A DNA stretch of 64,000 nt from Candidatus Latescibacterota bacterium (GTDB lineage Bacteria > Latescibacterota > UBA2968): the NCBI GenBank assembly GCA_965204745.1, contig OZ242010.1:5355264-5419263 (forward strand), given 5' to 3'. The notes beneath the pieces were generated by a model. It saw nothing but the letters and a program-made list of their open reading frames with translations, was not told the DNA's origin and did no database searches. Position numbers and translations under genes: made by a program. Position 1 is the stretch's first letter, and the number at the start of each line of letters is the position of its first letter. Shown piece after piece: positions 9,226 through 20,279 of this stretch.

Positions 9226-9714
9226 ATGGTGGTGTTGCGAGTTGTGTCCCTGTTCTTCATACCGCTAGTGTTGGCATGCGGCGGGCAAAAGCAGGCGGCG
9301 AACGCCCTGTTTGAGGAGGGCGAAAAGGCCACGCATGACGTGGCGACGCATCCGGTTGCCGAGGCCAAGTTGTCGGAATTTTTGGCGCGGTTTCCGGACG
9401 ATCCGCGCGCAGAAGTGGCTTTGCAAGCCCTGGCGCGAGTGTTGATCAATTTGCAAAAATACAAAGAAGCCATTACGCGATACGAAACCCTGATCGAGCG
9501 GTTTCCGCAGAGCCGATATCGCGTGCAAGCGCGATTTATGATCGGGTACATCCACGATCAACAAGGCGATCACGAAGAGGCGCGGGCGGCCTATCAACAG
9601 GTCGTGGATGCGTATCCGACCTCCGAGTTGGCAGACGATGCCAAAATTTCGATTCAAAACTTGGGCAAGACGCCCGAGCAGTGGTTGCGTTCCAAACCCA
9701 TCAACCGAGAGTGA
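9226..9714 (+). CDS. TPR-repeat outer-membrane lipoprotein (BamD/YbgF-like)
   Basis: Signal peptide with lipobox LVLAC. TPR-like helices (ALQALARVLINLQKYKEAITRYETLIERFPQS..., EEARAAYQQVVDAYPTSELADDA). AGGAGA Shine-Dalgarno upstream. Confidence 0.6.
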   Translation: MVVLRVVSLFFIPLVLACGGQKQAANALFEEGEKATHDVATHPVAEAKLSEFLARFPDDPRAEVALQALARVLINLQKYKEAITRYETLIERFPQSRYRVQARFMIGYIHDQQGDHEEARAAYQQVVDAYPTSELADDAKISIQNLGKTPEQWLRSKPINRE

Positions 9715-9718
9715 TGCG

Positions 9719-10723
9719 ATGTCAGTTGGATCAGTCGGACAGGATATTCAAGTTATCAATGAACGGGTCGGGCGCGAGAGCGCGTTTGTCGATAGGCTCA
9801 TGACCGAAGTGGGCAAGGTTATCGTCGGGCAGCAGGATATGATCGAGCGGTTGCTGATCGGCCTGTTGTGCAACGGTCACGTCTTGCTCGAAGGCGTTCC
9901 CGGCCTGGCCAAGACCCTGGCGGTCAATTCATTGGCGCAGGCGATTCGGGCGTCTTTTAAGCGCGTGCAATTCACCCCGGATTTGTTGCCCGCGGACTTG
10001 ATCGGCACAATGGTCTATCACCGCGAGACCGGGCAATTCGTCGCGCAACAAGGGCCGATTTTCGCCCAACTCGTGCTCGCGGACGAAGTCAATCGCGCCC
10101 CGTCAAAGGTGCAAAGCGCGATGCTGGAAGCCATGCAGGAACGGCAAGTCACCATTGGGAACGAGACCTTTGCCATGCCCGATCCCTTTTTGGTGCTGGC
10201 AACGCAGAATCCCATCGAGCAAGAAGGCACGTACCCGCTGCCCGAAGCGCAGGTGGACCGGTTCATGCTCAAAGTGCGCGTGACGTACCCCAACAAGCAG
10301 GAAGAGCGCGCCATCGTGGATCGCATGAGCCGAGACGACGCCCCGCACATTGAAGTGATCACAACGACCGAAGATCTCATTCGCGCGCGCAAAGTGACCG
10401 ATGAGATTTACATCGACGCCAAGATCAAGGACTACATCGTCGATCTGGTGCTGGCGACCCGAGATCCGGGCGCGTATCGCTTGGGCGATTTGCACGCCCT
10501 GATAGAATTTGGCGGGTCCCCGCGCGCATCTATCGCCCTTGCCCGAGCCGCCAAAGCCCATGCGTTTTTGCGCCACCGCGGCTATGTCACCCCCGAAGAC
10601 GTGAAGGCCATTGGCATGGATGTCCTTCGCCACCGCATCTTGGTCACGTACGAGGCCGAAGCCGAAGAAATCGACTCGGAAGAGATCGTGCGCCAAATAT
10701 TCGATCACGTTGAAGTGCCTTAA
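9719..10723 (+). CDS. MoxR-family AAA+ ATPase
   Basis: Walker A LLEGVPGLAKT, Walker B VLADEVNRAPSKVQSAMLEAMQERQVT, FLVLATQNPIEQEGTYPLPEAQVDRF, and a GSPRASIAL C-terminal lid. Confidence 0.92.
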   Translation: MSVGSVGQDIQVINERVGRESAFVDRLMTEVGKVIVGQQDMIERLLIGLLCNGHVLLEGVPGLAKTLAVNSLAQAIRASFKRVQFTPDLLPADLIGTMVYHRETGQFVAQQGPIFAQLVLADEVNRAPSKVQSAMLEAMQERQVTIGNETFAMPDPFLVLATQNPIEQEGTYPLPEAQVDRFMLKVRVTYPNKQEERAIVDRMSRDDAPHIEVITTTEDLIRARKVTDEIYIDAKIKDYIVDLVLATRDPGAYRLGDLHALIEFGGSPRASIALARAAKAHAFLRHRGYVTPEDVKAIGMDVLRHRILVTYEAEAEEIDSEEIVRQIFDHVEVP

Positions 10724-10793
10724 AGGCGGGAAGAAGCAAGAGGGGAGAAGCAAGAGGGGAGATGAGAGAAGGCCACCGCGCTATCCCTCTCAA

Positions 10794-10846
10794 GTGGTCA
10801 GTAGTCAGTAGTCAGTGGTCAGTAGTCAGTAGTCAGTCCCCGCCCG
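10794..10846 (+). repeat. Heptanucleotide tandem array (GTNGTCA)x6 + GTCCCCGCCCG flank
   Basis: Direct reading: gtggtca gtagtca gtagtca gtggtca gtagtca gtagtca gtccccgcccg. Lies in the spacer between the MoxR gene and the sialidase gene. Confidence 0.95.
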
Positions 10847-10950
10847 ATAGCCCATCCACAAGTAAGAAGCAAGAGGTGAGACGGGAGAAGGCCACCCCAA
10901 CACCCCAAAACCCGATGCACTTCGTCGATTTGTCTATTTTAGGAGAAAAA

Positions 10951-11976
10951 ATGAAAACACATGTATTTACCAGCGGGCAAGCGGGGTATCACACCTACCG
11001 CATTCCCGCATTGTCGGTGACAAAAGCGGGCACCTTGCTGGCGTTTTGCGAGGGGCGGCGCAATGGCCGCGGGGATCACGGGGATCTCGATTTGCTGGTG
11101 AAGCGGTCGGAAGACGGGGGCGAAACCTGGTCTGAACAGCAATTGATTTACGGCGAGCCGGGCGAGGTGACGATAGGCAATCCCTGTCCCGTTGTGGATG
11201 CGAACACGGGCGCGATCTGGTTGCCGTTTTGTCGGGAAAATGACGCTGTGTTGATCACACACAGCGAGGATGATGGCAAGACATGGGCCGATCCCGTGGG
11301 GATCACCGCGGATGTGAAGAAGGCCACCTGGAACTGGTATGCGACAGGGCCGGGCATTGGCATTCAACTCCAACGGGGGGAACACGCGGGGCGGTTGGTG
11401 ATCCCGTGCGACCATCGAGCGGATGAAATGTACGGCAATGGTTCACACGTCATTTACAGCGATGACCATGGGGCAACGTGGCACCTGAGCGCGTCGATCA
11501 CACCGGGGGCAAATGAGTGTCAGGTCGTGGAATTGGACGATGGATCGTTGATGATGAATATCCGGATGCAGACGCACAGCGACGGGGTGCGCGGGATTTC
11601 GGTGAGTCGAGATGGAGGACACAATTGGTCCGAGATCGTCCACGATGCGAATTTGCCGTGTCCAAAATGTCAGGCGAGTTTGGTGGGCAAAGGCGACCGA
11701 TTGGTATTTTCAAATCCCGTATCGCCCACGCCGCCAGAAAATCCCGCGCGGGGAACCCGATTTTATCCGGGCAAGGGCCGAGGCGAGCGCGTGAACCTAA
11801 CCGTTCGGTTGAGTGAAGATGGCGGGCGGACATGGCCTTGGAGGAAATTGTTGTACAAAGGCCCGGCAGCGTATTCGTGTTTGGCACTCTTACCCGATGG
11901 CGACATGAGCTGTTTGTATGAGGCGGGAGAAGCGCATCCGTATCAATACCTGATTTTTGAGCGGTTTAGAATATAG
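10951..11976 (+). CDS. Exo-alpha-sialidase (GH33, BNR repeats)
   Basis: YRIP motif (GYHTYRIPAL). Five Asp-boxes: SEDGGETW, SEDDGKTW, SDDHGATW, SRDGGHNW, SEDGGRTW. AGGAG Shine-Dalgarno before the ATG at 10951. No obvious signal peptide. Confidence 0.9.
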   Translation: MKTHVFTSGQAGYHTYRIPALSVTKAGTLLAFCEGRRNGRGDHGDLDLLVKRSEDGGETWSEQQLIYGEPGEVTIGNPCPVVDANTGAIWLPFCRENDAVLITHSEDDGKTWADPVGITADVKKATWNWYATGPGIGIQLQRGEHAGRLVIPCDHRADEMYGNGSHVIYSDDHGATWHLSASITPGANECQVVELDDGSLMMNIRMQTHSDGVRGISVSRDGGHNWSEIVHDANLPCPKCQASLVGKGDRLVFSNPVSPTPPENPARGTRFYPGKGRGERVNLTVRLSEDGGRTWPWRKLLYKGPAAYSCLALLPDGDMSCLYEAGEAHPYQYLIFERFRI

Positions 11977-11986
11977 CTTGCAAAAT

Positions 11987-12766
11987 TCAAAATCGGCGTT
12001 CGGACGAACGACAACAGCGAAAACCAATTTCCTTCCCCTGCCATCTGGGATCGAGCCGTCCGCGCTCCTGTACCCTGACGGCCGGCGCGCCATTGACCCA
12101 ACTGCCACCTCGCATCACGCGCAATCCCCCACTTTCTGGCCCCTTGGGATTTTGTTGCGGGCTGTTGCGATAATAATCCACCCGGTACCAATCGGCCACC
12201 CACTCCCACACATTGCCCGCCAAATCAGCCACCTCAAAAGGACTCAGGCCCTTGGGAAAACTGCCAACGGTCGCGGGCTTGCCCAAATGCCCATTAAAGT
12301 TCAATTTTGTCGGATCGGGTTCCCCGTTGCCCCATGGATAGATTCGCCCATCGCCACCTGCCGCCTTTTCCCACTCCGCCTCTGAACACAACCGTTTGCC
12401 TGCCCACGCGCAAAAATCTCGGGCATCGAACCAGTTGACGCAGACGACCGGTTGCCGTGCAACATTAAACCCGACCGAATCGATACAGGCCGATGGGCCG
12501 CGTCCCGTTGTCGCAACGAATAATCGGTACTCCGCATTGGTCACTTCAAAACGATCGATCCAGAAAGCCTCCAAAAACACCCCATGCGCGGGGCCTTCAT
12601 CGCGGCCAAATTCATCGGTACCCATCACAAATTCGCCCGTTGGAATTTGCACCATTTCTGAGACCCCTTCGGGCGTCGCTTCCGGCTGAACGGGAAAATC
12701 ATCCCCGCAACCGGCGAGCAATCCCATCCCTATCAGCGCACGCAGAAATTTCAGAACACACGACAT
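11987..12766 (-). CDS. Formylglycine-generating enzyme (FGE/SUMF1) family lipoprotein
   Basis: Lipobox LLAGC. FWIDRFEVTNAEY, VNWFDARDFCAWAGKRL, YPWGN, RVMRGGSW and IGFRCCR are typical FGE-sulfatase domain blocks. Confidence 0.85.
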   Translation of the reverse strand: MSCVLKFLRALIGMGLLAGCGDDFPVQPEATPEGVSEMVQIPTGEFVMGTDEFGRDEGPAHGVFLEAFWIDRFEVTNAEYRLFVATTGRGPSACIDSVGFNVARQPVVCVNWFDARDFCAWAGKRLCSEAEWEKAAGGDGRIYPWGNGEPDPTKLNFNGHLGKPATVGSFPKGLSPFEVADLAGNVWEWVADWYRVDYYRNSPQQNPKGPESGGLRVMRGGSWVNGAPAVRVQERGRLDPRWQGKEIGFRCCRSSERRF

Positions 12767-12877
12767 CGCAATCGATCTCCTAAATTATGCGGTTGGGATA
12801 GCGCAGAAACGGGATGGCGGAACCGCGTCCTTTAAGGTGAACGAACAGAGCTATGCGACAAGAGATGATCGCACTTC

Positions 12878-12907
12878 AAAAAAAAAGGACACCCAGTTGG
12901 GTGTCCT
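12878..12907 (-). terminator. Intrinsic terminator downstream of groEL
   Basis: On the minus strand: a 9-bp stem AGGACACCC / GGGTGTCCT with a 4-nt loop, followed by a run of 9 T. Lies 24 nt after the groEL stop. Confidence 0.85.
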
Positions 12908-12930
12908 CTTTTGCTGAAAAGCTGACCGCT

Positions 12931-14875
<1,945 letters not shown>

Positions 14876-14924
14876 TGCTATGCCTCCTTGTGCGAGGTGG
14901 GGTAAAAAACGAAACGATTTCTTT

Positions 14925-14951
14925 TTAGCACTCTTGGCCTTCGAGTGCTAA
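14925..14951. promoter_or_regulatory. CIRCE operator (HrcA binding site)
   Basis: TTAGCACTC-N9-GAGTGCTAA is a perfect match to the CIRCE consensus. Lies 50 nt upstream of groES. Confidence 0.92.
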
Positions 14952-14960
14952 CGCGGGCAA

Positions 14961-14989
14961 AATATATCAAAGTCCCTTTGACTACGCAA
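14961..14989 (-). promoter_or_regulatory. Sigma-70-like promoter of groES-groEL
   Basis: Minus strand reads TTGCGT-N17-TATATT, ending 9 nt before CIRCE. Sequence-only prediction. Confidence 0.5.
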
Positions 14990-15056
14990 GAAAAAATTAA
15001 AAAGTGGGACGATCTCTCTCGAGACCGCCCCACTCAAAAATCGATCATCGCCCAAA

Positions 15057-15503
15057 TTACTCGGCATTGTACATCTCTTGAAACGCCAGCACGAGATCGC
15101 GCAAGGTTTGGGCATTGGCCGGGTCTGTGGTCTGTTTGCACTTCATGGCCGTGCGAATGATTTTGTGCAACGCGACCAGCTTATCCGTATAGGCTTTCAT
15201 CGCCGCGGCGTCATCCGCTGCTGGCTCTGTGATTCGCTGCGCGAGGAAATATTGCGCCACGACATCGCGGATGTGGTCCGCGTGGTGCTCTTTGTTGATC
15301 ACCCACCGCACGATCTGATTGTCATTTCTTTCGCTTTCCCCGGACAACTTGTCGATTTCGTTCATCGACTTTTCAATGGTGTCCACATCTTCCAACAGGG
15401 CCGCAAACCGCCCCTCATCGCCGTAAATCCCGCACGGAATCTCGCAGTGCGCGCCCACGAGCGCGGGATAGAGGAACAACATCACAAAAAAACAGCGTCT
15501 CAT
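15057..15503 (-). CDS. sodN: Nickel superoxide dismutase precursor
   Basis: Ni-hook HCEIPCGIYGD (consensus HCxxPCGxY) directly follows an 18-aa hydrophobic leader MRRCFFVMLFLYPALVGA. The helical-bundle remainder is of typical NiSOD length. Confidence 0.88.
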   Translation of the reverse strand: MRRCFFVMLFLYPALVGAHCEIPCGIYGDEGRFAALLEDVDTIEKSMNEIDKLSGESERNDNQIVRWVINKEHHADHIRDVVAQYFLAQRITEPAADDAAAMKAYTDKLVALHKIIRTAMKCKQTTDPANAQTLRDLVLAFQEMYNAE

Positions 15504-15572
15504 CTCGATCTCCTTTTGGTGAAATGTTCACAACTGCGTCTCGCGGACAATATAACACAAATCCGCCCAAAA

Positions 15573-16658
15573 TCAAAATCCCCACATTCGCAACGCCGCA
15601 TCGGTCTTGATGTCCAACCCCATCGCGCGCAAGGGCTCGCGGCTGTCCAACAAAAATCGCTTGACCGCCCCGATGCCCACGACAAAGCCCAAACCGGGCT
15701 CGACCACCTCGCGCTCTGCAACCGAAATTTGACCGAGCAACTCGGGCGACAACACAGTGCCCTCGTTCAACCTTTGGTCGGGCAGCAACAACCGGAACGT
15801 CTCGGTTGTAGCCCCGCGGCACAGGCCCACGAGTTCCAAATTGGGCAAGCCATCGCGCACCGCAACCACGGGCCCGCCGCTATATCCCGCACGGATGGCC
15901 GCATCGACAAAAAACCGATCCTCGTGATAATCGTCCAAACTCACCGTGCCCGCGGTGAGGCGCGTCTTGCTTTTTGGGTGGCCGACGATATAGACAAAAT
16001 TGCCCCATTGCAGCTCCGACGTCTTGCCGATAGGCAGCAAAAAGGGCGAGGGCTTCCGCATCACATGGGGGATATTGAGTTTGAGCAACGCGAGGTCCGC
16101 TTCCCGGTCCAGGCGAATAATTTTTGAATGGATGCTCTCGCCGTCGCGGTTGACCACCTGCAATGCCGCGCTGGTCTTAATGGAAATCCGCTCGAGCACG
16201 CTCGTTTCCATGCCACGCGCATCCCGCATGTAATACCGAATGGTATCGGCCGCGGTCACCAGATGGGCAGCCGTCAGCGCGATTGCGCTGTCGTACTGAT
16301 TGGCAACCGATTGCCGCGCGATCACGAGGGCCGTGCCCACCTTGGAATACGAATCCACGGTTTTGCGGATGCCATCTCGCAACAGCCGATAGCCCGTGGG
16401 GCTGTTTTCGTCTGCGAGCGGCAAGCGCAACAACAAGCCCCGGTCATTTCTCATACTATGCGTGTAAAACACATTGGCGTATTGCGGCGTCCAGATAACT
16501 TTCACGGTAGAAACAAAGAGGGTTTCAAATCCAGATTGGGCATTGCCCCGCCCAACCGGCACGCGATAATCGTATTCGCCATCCGGCGCCAAAACGTATT
16601 GCGCGGCGCATCCCATCAGAGCCATTGGCATCAACGTGAAAAACCAGACCTTTTGCAT
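15573..16658 (-). CDS. Trypsin-like (S1 family) serine peptidase lipoprotein
   Basis: Lipobox LMGC after the ATG at 16658. Catalytic triad motifs LTAAHLV (His), DLALLKL (Asp) and GYSGGPV (Ser). Confidence 0.75.
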   Translation of the reverse strand: MQKVWFFTLMPMALMGCAAQYVLAPDGEYDYRVPVGRGNAQSGFETLFVSTVKVIWTPQYANVFYTHSMRNDRGLLLRLPLADENSPTGYRLLRDGIRKTVDSYSKVGTALVIARQSVANQYDSAIALTAAHLVTAADTIRYYMRDARGMETSVLERISIKTSAALQVVNRDGESIHSKIIRLDREADLALLKLNIPHVMRKPSPFLLPIGKTSELQWGNFVYIVGHPKSKTRLTAGTVSLDDYHEDRFFVDAAIRAGYSGGPVVAVRDGLPNLELVGLCRGATTETFRLLLPDQRLNEGTVLSPELLGQISVAEREVVEPGLGFVVGIGAVKRFLLDSREPLRAMGLDIKTDAALRMWGF

Positions 16659-16775
16659 TGCTTTTTCGCGCCCTTTCCGTATATTCCCATGTCGTTTTCT
16701 TCCACCGCAGTATAACACTTCGGCACTCGAAGTCAAGCGCTGCCATCCTCTCCCGCCTCTTCTCACGCTACCATA

Positions 16776-18962
16776 ATGAACAATACGTCTGTCTCACGCG
16801 ATCAGGTCTTGGCCGTTGCGCGCCAGCAATCCAAGCACCCGCTCAAAATGCGCGAACTCGCCCGCGCCCTTTCCGTACCCGATAGAAATTATCCAGCATT
16901 TCGCAACCTGATTCGCCGCATGGTGCGCGACGGTAGCCTCGTCAAGTTGCGCCACAACAAGTACGGCCTGCCATCCGCCCACGGCCACGCGGTTGGTCGC
17001 ATCGCCATCCAAATTAGTGGCTACGGCTTGGTCGCGCCCGAAGACGGAGGCGAGGAGATTTTTGTCGCGGCGAAACACCTCGGGCAGGCCCTACACGGCG
17101 ACCGCGTTGTGGTGCGCGTCACCTGCGGGGCATGGGGCGACAATCGGCCAGAAGGCGAGTTGATTCGCATCGTTGCACGCGCCGAGCAGCGCGTGGTGGG
17201 CACATATTTCGATAAGAGGTTCGGCTTTTTTGTCTCTGACGATCCGCGTATCCAAATCGACATTCCCATCCCCAAGGACCCGCCCCACAGAGCCGAGCAC
17301 GGCCAAAAGGTCGTGGTTCATCTCACATTTCCCGCTGTTCACGCGCCTCCCCAAGCGCGGATTGTCGAAGTCTTGGGCGATTCCGACGATCCGAACATCG
17401 AGACCCTGGTCTTCATCAAAAAACGCGGCCTTCCCCTCGAGTTTCCCGGTCCTGTACTCGATGCGGCAGACGCGGCTCCGCAACACATCCCACCCGCTGA
17501 AATTGAACGTCGCCTCGACTTGCGCGCCCTGACCTGTTTTACTATCGACCCGGCAGACGCACGCGATCACGACGACGCCGTGTCCCTGCAAGTCTTGGAC
17601 GACGGGAACTACTGCTTGGGCATTCACATCGCCGACGTCAGCCACTACGTGCCCGAGGGTTCGCCCCTCGACCGCGAGGCGATAGAGCGCGGTTGTAGCG
17701 TTTATCTGCCCGACCGCGTGATCCCAATGTTGCCGGAAAAACTCTCTGCGAATATCTGTTCCCTGCGCCCGTGCGAAGACCGCCTGACCATGAGCATCCT
17801 GGCGCGCATCGCGCCCGAAGGCGAGTTGATCGACGCGCAGATTGCAGAAACGATAATCCGCAGTCGCGGCCGCCTGTCTTATGAAGACGTGCAAGATGTG
17901 CTCGACCAGCGCGACGGCGACAACCCCGCCCAGGCCTTTGCCGATATCCTCAAGCGCATGGACGCGCTGCGAAGTGGGCTAATGGCGAACCGCAGAAACA
18001 GAGGCGCGGTTGATTTTGAAATTCCCGAACCGCAGATCGTCCTCGATGACGAGGGCCAGCCCATCCATATTCATCCGCGTGCCCGACTGAACAGCCACCG
18101 CCTCATCGAAGAATTTATGCTCTTGGGCAATGAAATCGTCGCCCGATACATGACCGAACGCGGCATGCCCATTCTCTACCGCGTACACGAACCGCCCGAT
18201 AGCGAAAAACTCGCGGCGTTTTTCAGCATGGGCAAAGCCCTGGGCTATCGCCTGTCCAAGCAAGCGCTGACAAGGGGTAAGTCAGCATCCACGCGGCGCG
18301 GCACCATCCAGCAATTTCTCGACGAGTTCAAGGGCAAACCCATCGGCCATATCTTGTGCAACCGCCTGTTGCGCTCGATGAAAAAAGCGGTCTATACACC
18401 CGTCAACCGCGGTCATTTTGGGTTGGCCTGCGATACTTATACGCACTTCACGTCGCCGATTCGCCGCTATCCCGATCTGATCCTCCACCGCGCCCTCCGA
18501 GACGCGCTCAACGACGCGACCACGCCGACCAGCATGGCGCGCCTCGCCCGTCGCCTGCCCGATATTGGCGACTTGACGACCGAGCGCGAAATCGCCGCGC
18601 AAAGGGCCGAGTGGGATGCTGTTCAGTTGATGCAAATTCTCTATCTCGAAAACAAAATAGGCCGGCATTTTGATGCCACTATCGTAGATGTGCGTCCCAT
18701 CGGCTTTTTTGTGCAACTTTGCGATGTGCTCATCGAGGGTTTGGTTCACGTCAAATATCTCGACGACGATTATTATACTTATCGCGAATTGCAAGGTACG
18801 CTCGTTGGCGACTACACCGGGAAGACCTTTCGAATCGGGGATTCGGTTCGCGTGCAACTCGCCCAACTCGACCGCCAACGCCTACGGATCGACTTCCACC
18901 TCTTGTCGCACAGGAAAAATAACAACCCCAAACGCAGTCGGAAAAGACGCGGGAGCAGGTAA
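16776..18962 (+). CDS. rnr: Ribonuclease R
   Basis: N-terminal HTH/cold-shock region, RNB catalytic motif FTIDPADARDHDDAVS, HFGLACDTYTHFTSPIRRYPDL, a C-terminal S1 domain and a basic tail. Confidence 0.95.
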   Translation: MNNTSVSRDQVLAVARQQSKHPLKMRELARALSVPDRNYPAFRNLIRRMVRDGSLVKLRHNKYGLPSAHGHAVGRIAIQISGYGLVAPEDGGEEIFVAAKHLGQALHGDRVVVRVTCGAWGDNRPEGELIRIVARAEQRVVGTYFDKRFGFFVSDDPRIQIDIPIPKDPPHRAEHGQKVVVHLTFPAVHAPPQARIVEVLGDSDDPNIETLVFIKKRGLPLEFPGPVLDAADAAPQHIPPAEIERRLDLRALTCFTIDPADARDHDDAVSLQVLDDGNYCLGIHIADVSHYVPEGSPLDREAIERGCSVYLPDRVIPMLPEKLSANICSLRPCEDRLTMSILARIAPEGELIDAQIAETIIRSRGRLSYEDVQDVLDQRDGDNPAQAFADILKRMDALRSGLMANRRNRGAVDFEIPEPQIVLDDEGQPIHIHPRARLNSHRLIEEFMLLGNEIVARYMTERGMPILYRVHEPPDSEKLAAFFSMGKALGYRLSKQALTRGKSASTRRGTIQQFLDEFKGKPIGHILCNRLLRSMKKAVYTPVNRGHFGLACDTYTHFTSPIRRYPDLILHRALRDALNDATTPTSMARLARRLPDIGDLTTEREIAAQRAEWDAVQLMQILYLENKIGRHFDATIVDVRPIGFFVQLCDVLIEGLVHVKYLDDDYYTYRELQGTLVGDYTGKTFRIGDSVRVQLAQLDRQRLRIDFHLLSHRKNNNPKRSRKRRGSR

Positions 18963-19053
18963 TTTTGAACCTTTATCGCGCTCAAACATTAAAGGCCATA
19001 TATTTTTCGGTTGATGTATCAACGGCCCTGCGGTCACTTCAAAGGAGGAAGTC

Positions 19054-19584
19054 ATGATAACGAGACTTTTGGTCATCTTCGTTTTGATGTTGTTTTCAGG
19101 TGTTGCTTTTGGTGCTTCACCTAATCCGAGTGTTGAAGAAAGATTGGCGATACTCGAGACAAAATTTGATGCGTTGAGCAAACAGATCGAAGCCAATCAT
19201 CAATCCACACTCAAGTTGATTGAAGTCAGTAATGAAGCAACGAACAAGCGGATCGATGCCAGCAATGAAGCAACGAACAAGCGGATTGATGCGTTGAGCA
19301 AACAGATCGAAGCCAATCATCAATTCATACTCAAGTTGATTGAAGTCACCAATGAAGCAACGAACAAGCGGATTGATGCCAGCAATGAAGCAACGAACAA
19401 GCGGATTGATACCTTAAATAATTGGGGGATTGCGCTATTCGCGGGTGTCTTGGCGTGGACTGGGGTTTTCATAACCCATGCGTTGGGGTTTTGGGGCGTT
19501 TCTAAACGCGACAACGCTGTGACAACGCCAACAGACGCCGATAGGCCAGAAGCGAGCCCAGTGATACAATCCGCTGATGCATGA
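19054..19584 (+). CDS. Tandem paralog 1: signal peptide + coiled-coil (NEATNKRIDAS 11-mers) + C-terminal TM protein, unknown function
   Basis: AAGGAGG Shine-Dalgarno 6 nt upstream. MITRLLVIFVLMLFSGVAFG|A signal peptide. Two 40-aa units ALSKQIEANHQ.(T/I)LKLIEV.NEATNKRIDASNEATNKRID. TM segment WGIALFAGVLAWTGVFITHALGFWGV. Confidence 0.8.
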   Translation: MITRLLVIFVLMLFSGVAFGASPNPSVEERLAILETKFDALSKQIEANHQSTLKLIEVSNEATNKRIDASNEATNKRIDALSKQIEANHQFILKLIEVTNEATNKRIDASNEATNKRIDTLNNWGIALFAGVLAWTGVFITHALGFWGVSKRDNAVTTPTDADRPEASPVIQSADA

Positions 19585-19665
19585 TGGGTCGGTTGTCCTA
19601 TTTGGTCGCGTGAACCGATAAAACGCGCCTACAACGGCCCTGCGGTCACTTCAAAGGAGGAAGTC

Positions 19666-20196
19666 ATGACAACGAGACTTTTGGTCATCTTCGTTTTGGT
19701 ATTGTTTTCAGGTGTTGCATTTGGTGCTTCACCTAATCCGAGTGTTGAAGAAAGATTGGCGATACTCGAGACCAAATTTGATGCGTTGAGCAAACAGATC
19801 GAAGCCAATCATCAATCCACACTCAAGTTGATAGAAGTCACCAATGAAGCAACGAACAAGCGGATTGATGCCAGCAATGAAGCAACGAATAAGCGGATTG
19901 ATGCCAGCAATGAAGCAACGAACAAGCGAATTGATGCCTTGAGCAAACAGATTGAAGCCAATCATCAATCCATACTCAAGTTGATTGAAGTCACCAATGA
20001 AGCAACGAACAAGCGGATTGATACCTTGAATAATTGGGGGATTGCGCTATTCGCGGGTGTCTTGGCGTGGACTGGGGTTTTCATAACCCATGCGTTGGGG
20101 TTTTGGGGCGTTTCTAAACGCGATAATACTGTGACAGCGACAACAGACGTCAATAGGCCAGAAGCGACCCCAGTGATACAATCCGCTGATGCATGA
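19666..20196 (+). CDS. Tandem paralog 2 (same family; 3+1 copies of the 11-mer)
   Basis: Same Shine-Dalgarno, leader, coiled coil and TM as paralog 1. Start is offset 612 nt. Confidence 0.8.
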   Translation: MTTRLLVIFVLVLFSGVAFGASPNPSVEERLAILETKFDALSKQIEANHQSTLKLIEVTNEATNKRIDASNEATNKRIDASNEATNKRIDALSKQIEANHQSILKLIEVTNEATNKRIDTLNNWGIALFAGVLAWTGVFITHALGFWGVSKRDNTVTATTDVNRPEATPVIQSADA

Positions 20197-20279
20197 TGGG
20201 TCGGTTGTCCTATTTGGTCGTGTGAACACCGATAAAACGCGCTTACAATGGTCCTGCGGTCACTTCAAAGGAGGAAGTC

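Noticed and set aside
10762-10950. N-terminal extensions proposed by the ORF track (10762 for the sialidase; also 2929 dnaB, 6479 DAC, 7281 GT, 9608 MoxR, 22561 TPR, 56041 membrane protein, 58919 monooxygenase)
   Set aside because: The extensions overlap upstream genes or run through heptamer/MITE repeats. Internal ATGs with Shine-Dalgarno sequences or stop/start overlaps give products with canonical N-termini.
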